In this document: positions 18,682 to 25,079 of the stretch, in pieces
How positions within the stretch are numbered: the stretch's first letter is position 1
Layout of the letters: each line of letters begins with the position of its first letter
Assembly: GCF_009831105.1 (NCBI RefSeq)
Contig: NZ_WUUQ01000001.1
Coordinates: forward strand, 390,001-422,000
Length of the DNA: 32,000 nt
Reading direction: 5' to 3'
Origin: Copranaerobaculum intestinale
GTDB taxonomy: Bacteria > Bacillota_I > Bacilli_A > Erysipelotrichales > Erysipelotrichaceae
Position numbers and translations under genes: made by a program
Notes under the pieces: generated by a model
Databases searched by the model: none
What the model was told of the DNA's origin: nothing
Seen by the model: only the letters and a program-made list of their open reading frames with translations

Positions 18682-18710
18682 ATTATATGAAAGCGTTTCA
18701 ATGAAGTCAA
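18682..18710 (-). promoter_or_regulatory. Near-consensus sigma-A promoter on the minus strand
   Basis: TTGACT (complement 18710-18705), exactly 17 nt spacer, TATAAT (complement 18687-18682). Confidence 0.65.
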
Positions 18711-18798
18711 TTATCATTTTGAAAAGATGCAAAAAAGTTTCTATGTGAGTTTCCAAAGAAAAGGTGCTATACTGATACATGCATTGGAGGGTATGATT

Positions 18799-19668
18799 AT
18801 GGATATAAAAAGAAACAGTAAATGCTGGTGCGGCAGTGGATTGAAATATAAAAACTGTCATGAAGCATTTGATGAAAAATATGAAATGTATCGCGCTAAA
18901 GGTAATAAAATGCCACCTAAGGAATTGATCAAAAGCAAACAGGATATTCAGGGTATCAAGAAAAGTGCGGTCATTAACGATGGGGTGCTTGACCTGGTAG
19001 CTTCTAAAATTCATGCGGGCATGAGCACCGAAGACATTGATAAACTGGTTTATGACTATACGGTAGGACATGGGGCTATTCCGGCGCCATTAAACTACGG
19101 CGGCTTTCCTAAGAGTGTGTGTACATCAGTCAATGATGAAGTATGTCACGGTATTCCGGATGCGTCTGTCATCTTAGAAGAAGGGGATATTGTCAATGTG
19201 GATGTATCAACTATATTTCATGGTTATTACAGCGATGCTTCACGAATGTTTATGATCGGTGAAGTTAGCGAAGAAGCAAAAAAGCTGGTTGAGGTAACCA
19301 AATCGTGTTTGGAAATCGGTATTCAGGCAATTAAGCCATGGGGGTATCTCGGCGATATCGGCGCGGCCATCCATACCCATGCGAAAAAGTATGGATACAG
19401 CGTGGTGCGTGATTTTGCCGGTCACGGCGTGGGTAATGAGTTCCATGAAGATCCGATCGTTTCTCATGTAGGTGTTGCGGGCACCGGTATGATGTTGGTG
19501 CCGGGTATGGTGATTACCGTAGAGCCGATGATCAATATCGGTGGTTATGAGTTATTTGTCGATGCGGATAACGGCTGGACCGCTTATACGGAGGATGGTT
19601 CTTTATCCGCACAGTGGGAACATACCGTTTTGATTACCGAACACGGGGTCGAGATACTTGCAAAATAA
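18799..19668 (+). CDS. map: Type I methionine aminopeptidase with an N-terminal SEC-C zinc-binding motif
   Basis: GGAGGG (18786-18791) lies 7 nt before ATG 18799. N-terminal CWCGSGLKYKNCH, then a MetAP core (VCHGIP, DVS, GHGVG, EPM, EHT metal-ligand regions). Confidence 0.9.
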   Translation: MDIKRNSKCWCGSGLKYKNCHEAFDEKYEMYRAKGNKMPPKELIKSKQDIQGIKKSAVINDGVLDLVASKIHAGMSTEDIDKLVYDYTVGHGAIPAPLNYGGFPKSVCTSVNDEVCHGIPDASVILEEGDIVNVDVSTIFHGYYSDASRMFMIGEVSEEAKKLVEVTKSCLEIGIQAIKPWGYLGDIGAAIHTHAKKYGYSVVRDFAGHGVGNEFHEDPIVSHVGVAGTGMMLVPGMVITVEPMINIGGYELFVDADNGWTAYTEDGSLSAQWEHTVLITEHGVEILAK

Positions 19669-19815
19669 GACAAAAATATTCTTCAACTGTCGGAATTTGT
19701 ATAAAACAGAAATTTGTAATGCCTTACATATTCAATATGCTTTGGATATCCAATGAAAAATCTGTGAAAGTAAAGGATCCATGGTATAATATGAATAAGA
19801 AGGTGAGGTAAAAAC

Positions 19816-20115
19816 ATGGAAAAGTTTACAGTTGAGGAATATGAAAATCGTCTACAGGCCGAAAAGGTCGAAGCCCATAATAAACAATGGCTCTACATTG
19901 AAGTCAATGCGAAAGACTTCATGGAAGCATCCGAGCCTGGGGTGAAAAATTTACAGTCCTGCTGTAAAGCCATGCTGAATCAAATGCTGGAGGGGGACGG
20001 CTTTATCGTTGAACCAAAAAATAAAAGCAAATGTGCAGCGGCACTGACAATTCGTTATTATGTTGATAATTTGAGTCCGGAACGCCGAAAGTACAGTGAA
20101 GCAATGCAGGCATAA
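19816..20115 (+). CDS. Hypothetical 99-aa cytoplasmic protein
   Basis: ORF with a GGTGAGG SD, an upstream TGgTATAAT element and a downstream terminator. No family recognised. Confidence 0.6.
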   Translation: MEKFTVEEYENRLQAEKVEAHNKQWLYIEVNAKDFMEASEPGVKNLQSCCKAMLNQMLEGDGFIVEPKNKSKCAAALTIRYYVDNLSPERRKYSEAMQA

Positions 20116-20136
20116 ATCCACGAAAGTGGATTTTTT
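20115..20136 (+). terminator. Intrinsic terminator
   Basis: AATCCAC pairs with GTGGATT across a GAAA loop, then a T-run. Confidence 0.8.
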
Positions 20137-20187
20137 AAAACAGCGATGATTGATGTGCTATGATCATTTAGGAAAAAGAGGATAGTT

Positions 20188-20990
20188 ATGAGAAAGAAAA
20201 AAATTCTGCGAAATTGGAAACAAATTGTATGTTTGGTATGTATTTGTTTCCTGCTGTCAGCTGAATTAATAAAAGCAGAAGATTACAGTGATGAATATCG
20301 ATCTTATGATGGTCAAACGAGCTTTCAGTCAGAAAAAATGGCCATGGCACTTATCATTATTCTGCCGATCGGCGCCGGCATGTTTATTTATTTCAGTCAG
20401 AATCGTGACAAGGAAACGGATGATGTGCCGATATTAACGGTAATAAAAACCGATGATAATAGTATTGTATCCGAAATACAAAGCGTTGATCCTTCTTTTT
20501 TTGAAGAAGAGTTTAAGCAATTCGCCGCAAAACGGATTCTTCGGCTTCAAAAAGCATTGAGTGAAAAAGATTTTAATACGCTGAAGTATCTGAATACGGA
20601 GCTGCAGTATCTCAGTCAAAAAGAGCTGCTGGAAAATATGCAGGATCGCACCGTCTATATGGAGTTTCAAAAAATGAATGGCATGACGATTGATGGATTT
20701 CATCGCAGTCTGGGATATGATACGATTACGCTGATCTGCTATATGAGTTTGATCGAGTATACGAAGAATGCGGAAGGTACTGTCATCAGCGGGTCAACCA
20801 GCAGGCAGATCAACATACCTACGAAGTTGAATTTCTGCGTCCCTTGGGAAAACCTTTGGCAGGGTTGGAAAACTGTCCAAACTGCGGAGCGCCCTTGAAT
20901 ATCGATGAAGCGGGAAAATGTGCCTATTGTCATACCACCTTGGTAAAAAAGCACCTTGATTGGATGATAAATCGTTATGAAATACGATAA
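20188..20990 (+). pseudogene. Tim44-like domain membrane protein with C-terminal zinc ribbon, interrupted by a 1-nt frameshift near 20818-20820
   Basis: Frame 1 (20188-20898) encodes a signal/TM region plus a Tim44-like domain (DPSFFEEEFKQFAAKRILRLQKAL...). Frame 3 continues from about 20820 as YEVEFLRPLGKPLAGLENCPNCGAPLNIDEAGKCAYCHTTLVKKHLDWMINRYEIR, stop at 20988-20990. That is the usual C-terminus of this family, and frame 3 has no start codon of its own. Confidence 0.7.
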
Positions 20991-21167
20991 GTGAGAAAGT
21001 AGTAACAAAAAAATCACAAGTTTATACATTATCATGATATAGGGATGTGTGAGATTACCGTTACTCAAAAACGCAGAAAAGAGTGATGATTACTCCGACC
21101 ACGATGTAAAGAAAGCAAAGCCTTATGTTTTAGACTCATGAGGCGTGGTCTCCCTAACCTACCCGTT

Positions 21168-21191
21168 AAAGATACTTCGGTATCTTTTTTT
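21168..21191 (+). terminator. Intrinsic terminator with UUCG tetraloop
   Basis: AAAGATAC (21168-21175), loop TTCG, GTATCTTT (21180-21187), T-run to 21191. Confidence 0.75.
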
Positions 21192-21238
21192 CTGGCTTCA
21201 TTTACGGTACAATAGATACACAAAAGGGAGGTGAAGCA

Positions 21239-21946
21239 ATGGAAATTTTGCTGTGTGACGATGATGAGCTTTTTTTATCGCGGCTTCAAACCCTTGTCAC
21301 TGAATATTTTGGACGTATTGATCATCAGACAAATGTATATACCCTGCTGGGAGGCAAAGGATATGAGAAAGCGTTAACGGAACATTTCTATCATTACCTA
21401 TTTCTGGACATCGACATGCCGATCCACGGGTATACGATTGCCGAGTTTGCGCAGAAGAACAGTGAGAAAACCCGAATCATATTTATTACCAGTCACAGCA
21501 ACCTCGTCTTTGACACCTTCCATTTTTCACCATACTATTTTATCCGCAAGGAATGTCTCGACGAAGATTTAACCAAGCTTATTGAGAAGGTTCATAAATC
21601 CATCGTGAGCAGTGAAGCGGTCTATACCTTTTTGAAGCCAACCAAAGTGCTGCGGGTCAACATCAATGAGATCATGTTCATCGAAAGCTACCGCAATTAC
21701 ATCACCATTCGTACCGAGAAAGCAAAGTATCAGGATCGTAATACGATTCAAGCGGTAATGGAAGATCCGAAGTTCCGTCGATTTTTAGTGCCGATCAAAG
21801 GCATGATGGTCAATTATGACTACGTTGACAATATTTATCATGATGAATTAACACTGAAAAATCATAATGTCTTTCACATCAGCCGAACGCGGAAAACGGA
21901 GCTGATGAAGAAGTATATGATGCTTCTGGGTGAAGAAGATGAATGA
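21239..21946 (+). CDS. LytR/AlgR (LytTR DNA-binding) family response regulator
   Basis: 235 aa. Receiver domain (CDDDE, LFLDIDMP, FITSH, FIRKE) plus a LytTR domain (VNINEIMFIESYRNYITIRT). GGGAGGTGA SD. Confidence 0.9.
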   Translation: MEILLCDDDELFLSRLQTLVTEYFGRIDHQTNVYTLLGGKGYEKALTEHFYHYLFLDIDMPIHGYTIAEFAQKNSEKTRIIFITSHSNLVFDTFHFSPYYFIRKECLDEDLTKLIEKVHKSIVSSEAVYTFLKPTKVLRVNINEIMFIESYRNYITIRTEKAKYQDRNTIQAVMEDPKFRRFLVPIKGMMVNYDYVDNIYHDELTLKNHNVFHISRTRKTELMKKYMMLLGEEDE

Positions 21947-23273
21947 GCTGGAAAGTCTGATTATCGCCCTTTGTTTTCCGATTGTGGAAAATATCATCGT
22001 GGTCGAGTTTCTATACCGTTATTATGAGCATCGCGACCTGGCACAACAAATGATTGTCACGGCGGTATTGGCGGTGGAACAGATTTTTGTCGATCAGCTG
22101 CTGGGATACAGCGGATTTTTCTCAGTAATCCCGATTCTGACGCTGTTTGTGGTTACTGTTGTAAATCTGCATATACCGATCAAGCAGGCCATCGCGGCAG
22201 TGCTCTTGCCGTTTGTTTTGGTAGCGATCATGAATACCGGCGTGCTGGTCACCGCTTCATGGCTGACTCAGACCAATCTGGAGATCATCACCAAATATCC
22301 GAATTTTTTACAGGCCATTGGTATCTTCTGTATATCCAAGACGTTATTGATTATCTGTATGGCAATCGTTATCAGCCGCCACCGGCATCAGCGCCTCAGT
22401 ATCTGGTTTTCTCAAGGACGCGGTTATTTCATCCTGCCCCTTTTGAGTATTTTGATAACCGTATTCATCCTGTCGATGTTTATGGAAAATCCGGTTCAGG
22501 GACCAACCTTTTTGGTTGCCGGCGGCATTATCGTCTCATTGATCTTTCTGAATGTCGTATTCTATTATTATATGCGAAAGTTTTTCGAAGAACAGCAGGC
22601 GAATCAGAAGCTGATGTTTAACCAGAAAAAGTATGAGCTCCAAGTTGAGAACAGTCGGGAAATTAATGATCATATACAGGAAATTCGGATGTTTCGTCAC
22701 GAGTATAAACGGATTTTAATGGTTATTAATCAGTATGTGAAAAATGGTCAAAAGGAAGAAATTGAAAAGCTGATTCAGGAAAATCTGACTGATCTTGAGT
22801 ATATACCGGCAATGATTCAGACCAATAACAGTATTTTGAATTTTGTCATCAATCACAAGCTGGAGGAAGCCGCCAAACGCCATATCGATTGTAAGCTGGT
22901 GGTACAAACCGCTTTGATGTATATCGCTGATTCTGATCTTTCCTCGCTCTTCGGCAATCTTTTGGATAATGCAATCGAAGCGGCGGAAAAAACCGAGGAA
23001 AAATATATCAAGCTGACGATCACGCAGAAAAAACAGATGGATATCATTTATCTGCGAAACAGTATTCATGAAAGTGTCATTCATGTGATTGAGAAGATGC
23101 AGACAACGAAGCCGGATAAAGAACTGCACGGCATAGGCATTAAAAAAATCAAAGAAGTTGTGGAACGCTACGGCGGTGAAATTTATTATTATGAAGAAGG
23201 AATGCGGCTGGTTGCGCAAATAGCCTTTCACCGCGACAGTGATGACGAAGAAGATGAGGGGCGAGGAATTTAA
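21939..23273 (+). CDS. AgrC-like (HPK10-type, GHKL) sensor histidine kinase
   Basis: Six or more N-terminal TM segments. H-box FRHEYKRIL, N-box GNLLDNAIEAAEK, G-box GIGIKKIKEVVERYGG, and an acidic C-terminal tail. The start (ATG 21939 or GTG 21930) overlaps the RR stop. Confidence 0.85.
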   Translation: MNELESLIIALCFPIVENIIVVEFLYRYYEHRDLAQQMIVTAVLAVEQIFVDQLLGYSGFFSVIPILTLFVVTVVNLHIPIKQAIAAVLLPFVLVAIMNTGVLVTASWLTQTNLEIITKYPNFLQAIGIFCISKTLLIICMAIVISRHRHQRLSIWFSQGRGYFILPLLSILITVFILSMFMENPVQGPTFLVAGGIIVSLIFLNVVFYYYMRKFFEEQQANQKLMFNQKKYELQVENSREINDHIQEIRMFRHEYKRILMVINQYVKNGQKEEIEKLIQENLTDLEYIPAMIQTNNSILNFVINHKLEEAAKRHIDCKLVVQTALMYIADSDLSSLFGNLLDNAIEAAEKTEEKYIKLTITQKKQMDIIYLRNSIHESVIHVIEKMQTTKPDKELHGIGIKKIKEVVERYGGEIYYYEEGMRLVAQIAFHRDSDDEEDEGRGI

Positions 23274-23280
23274 TACAACT

Positions 23281-23309
23281 CGTCCCTAAAAATGACATCT
23301 TGTCCCTAA
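23281..23309 (+). promoter_or_regulatory. Tandem 9-bp direct repeats (CGTCCCTAA / TGTCCCTAA); candidate LytTR regulator binding site
   Basis: Repeats at 23281-23289 and 23301-23309, 8 of 9 identical, with 20-bp periodicity. They end 4 nt upstream of a -35 hexamer. Confidence 0.4.
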
Positions 23310-23313
23310 CCGG

Positions 23314-23342
23314 TTGAAACATCTTCAAATATTTCGTATAAA
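23314..23342 (+). promoter_or_regulatory. Sigma-A type promoter downstream of the agr-like two-component system
   Basis: TTGAAA (23314-23319), 17-nt spacer, TATAAA (23337-23342). Confidence 0.55.
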
Positions 23343-23348
23343 CAGGTT

Positions 23349-23618
23349 AGATAATTTCAAGCAGAAATTATCTAGTGGGCTGAAACAGTGATATCCGTTA
23401 ATTCTGTCTAATTTCCCTTTCATAACATAATTAAAAAACACAACGGACACTGCTTCAAAAACGCATACTGAAAGCTCAATGTGGAGGGCCTTCAGATATG
23501 CACGTCAGATAGGATCGTTCATCTTGTACGACATCTTGTCTAAATCCTCTGTAATCCATCATCTTATAAAATTTTAACCCTTTAAAAAAGACTCCAACTA
23601 CCCCTTGGAGTCTTTTTT
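23349..23618 (+). ncRNA. Candidate ~270-nt small transcript (regulatory RNA and/or 32-aa peptide mRNA)
   Basis: Bounded by the promoter above and a strong terminator. Perfect 11-bp 5' hairpin (23348-23374). Long-range stem CAGTG..TCCGTT / AACGGACACTG (23386-23452) encloses an AU-rich loop with UUUCCCUUUC. The only ORF is 23479-23577 (MWRAFRYARQIGSFILYDILSKSSVIHHLIKF), which lacks a good SD. Confidence 0.3.
23586..23618 (+). terminator. Intrinsic terminator
   Basis: AAAAGACTCCAA (23586-23597) pairs with TTGGAGTCTTTT (23605-23616) across a 7-nt loop, followed by a T-run. Confidence 0.85.
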
Positions 23619-23692
23619 ATGGCAGAGCTTTGTAAATTTGGAATTGTCATTGTAAAAGTGATTACAATCAAGTAAAATAAGTACGTACAGAA

Positions 23693-23761
23693 TCCTTGTA
23701 TAAGGTCATAATCGGTTGACACGTTTCTACTCACCGACCGTAAATCGGTGAACTACAAGGG
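23693..23761 (+). promoter_or_regulatory. Purine riboswitch aptamer (guanine/hypoxanthine class)
   Basis: P1 CCTTGTA (23694-23700) pairs with TACAAGG (23754-23760). J1/2 is TAUAA-like. L2 is UAAUCGG. Conserved GUUUCUAC is present. P3 CACCGA / UCGGUG has loop CCGUAAA. J3/1 is AAC, with C at the specificity position. Compared by eye with the B. subtilis xpt aptamer. Confidence 0.85.
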
Positions 23762-23777
23762 ATTTTTGCGGTTAAGT

Positions 23778-23812
23778 ACGTGAAATATCCTTTTTGACTT
23801 TCACGTTTTTTT
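23778..23812 (+). terminator. Riboswitch expression-platform terminator
   Basis: ACGTGAAA (23778-23785) pairs with TTTCACGT (23799-23806), then a T7 run. It lies 23 nt before purD ATG 23835. Confidence 0.75.
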
Positions 23813-23834
23813 ATTTTCATAGCAGGAGGTAATT

Positions 23835-25070
23835 ATGAAAGTATTGGTAATCGGTAAAGGCGGGCGCGAGCATGCGATTGCGCATGCGGCCTATCGCAGT
23901 CCCCAAGTGGATCAGGTGTATGCAGCACCCGGCAATGTTGGCATGGAGAATATTGCACGATGTGTAGCGATCAGCGACAGTGACATCGCAGGTCTGGTTG
24001 CGTTTGCGAAAAAAGAAGCGATCGATTTGACGATCGTAGGACCGGAATCATCACTGTCACTTGGCGTTGTGGATGCGTTTACGGAGGCGGGACTGCTTGC
24101 TTTCGGCCCGACCAAGGATGCGGCGCAGGTGGAGTCAAGCAAAGATTTCGCTAAAAAAATCATGATGAAATATCAGATTCCGACAGCAGCTTATCAAACT
24201 TTCCGTGATTATGACTGCGCTTATGCCTATGTTATGGCGCAGGGTGCTCCGATCGTTATCAAAGAGGATGGGTTGAAAGCCGGCAAGGGCGTAACCGTAG
24301 CAAAGACGATCGAAGAGGCTGAGGAAGCACTGAAAATTGCCTTTGAGATTCCCAATAATCAGGTGGTTATCGAAGAATGTTTGGTAGGCTTTGAATTTTC
24401 TTTGATCTGTTTTGTCAATGGTACGACGGTGATTCCGATGGAAATAGCCCAGGATCATAAATGTGCCTATGATGGAGATACCGGGCCTAATACCGGCGGT
24501 ATGGGCGTCTATTCACCGGTGAAGCGCATCACGCCTGCTATTATTGAGGATACCATGAATCAGGTAATGCGTCCGATGGCCGAAGCGATGGTCGAGGAAG
24601 GTCACAGCTTTACGGGGTTCTTATACGGCGGTTTAATGCTTACCGATGACGGTGTAAAAACGATTGAATTTAACGCACGTTTTGGTGATCCGGAAGCAGA
24701 GGTCATCCTGCCGCGCTTGAAAACTGATTTTATTTCGATTATTCAGGCCGTTATGAATCATCAGGAAATCACGTTGGAATGGGATGATCAGGTAACTCTG
24801 GGAGTGGTAATGGCCAGTACGAATTATCCGGCATCCTCCACCAAAGGTGCCCTGATCGAAGGAGTAGAGAATGTTGACAGCATGGTTTACTACATGGGAG
24901 CGAAGCGTCATAATGCTCAGCTGGTGACAGACGGCGGCCGTGTGCTCATTGTGGTGGCAAAGGCGGATACCTTAGCGGCAGCTTATGAGAAGGCCTATGA
25001 GGATGTTCATAAGATACATTGTAAACATTTATTTTACCGAAATGATATCGGTAAGAAAGATATGGAGTAG
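23835..25070 (+). CDS. purD: Phosphoribosylamine-glycine ligase
   Basis: 411 aa, MKVLVIGKGGREHAIA...APGN...GPE, an ATP-grasp layout typical of PurD. AGGAGG SD. Confidence 0.95.
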   Translation: MKVLVIGKGGREHAIAHAAYRSPQVDQVYAAPGNVGMENIARCVAISDSDIAGLVAFAKKEAIDLTIVGPESSLSLGVVDAFTEAGLLAFGPTKDAAQVESSKDFAKKIMMKYQIPTAAYQTFRDYDCAYAYVMAQGAPIVIKEDGLKAGKGVTVAKTIEEAEEALKIAFEIPNNQVVIEECLVGFEFSLICFVNGTTVIPMEIAQDHKCAYDGDTGPNTGGMGVYSPVKRITPAIIEDTMNQVMRPMAEAMVEEGHSFTGFLYGGLMLTDDGVKTIEFNARFGDPEAEVILPRLKTDFISIIQAVMNHQEITLEWDDQVTLGVVMASTNYPASSTKGALIEGVENVDSMVYYMGAKRHNAQLVTDGGRVLIVVAKADTLAAAYEKAYEDVHKIHCKHLFYRNDIGKKDME

Positions 25071-25079
25071 GAGGCATTT

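Noticed and set aside
19694-19718. AATTTGTA direct repeat (19694-19701 and 19711-19718) after the map gene
   Set aside because: It is a short AT-rich 8-mer in an AT-rich intergenic region, with no associated promoter geometry. Chance occurrence is plausible.
20739-21068. 109-aa minus-strand ORF overlapping the 3' part of the Tim44-like gene
   Set aside because: It is antisense to the region that encodes the recognisable zinc-ribbon C-terminus on the plus strand, and it has no SD.
21085-21135. Possible c-di-GMP-I (GEMM-I) riboswitch, prompted by GCAAAGCC at 21115-21122 and the nearby GGDEF gene
   Set aside because: Only this short word matches. The GGCAAAC/GNRA tetraloop-receptor architecture and the GACGCAAAGCC context are missing. 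I also checked by eye against c-di-GMP-II features (GGGCAC...GUGCAACCGACC) and found no match.
23498-23512. 4-codon ORF (MHVR) preceded by a perfect GGAGGG SD inside the candidate sRNA
   Set aside because: It is too short to call as a gene. The SD-like sequence may instead be a structural or ribosome-binding element of the RNA. It is noted under the sRNA finding rather than as a CDS.
23619-23672. 17-codon ORF (MAELCKFGIVIVKVITIK) beginning right after the terminator T-run
   Set aside because: It has no SD, since the upstream sequence is the U-tract, and it lies where the pur operon promoter should be. The ATTGTAA/TTACAAT palindrome (23652-23670) there was also too short to interpret.
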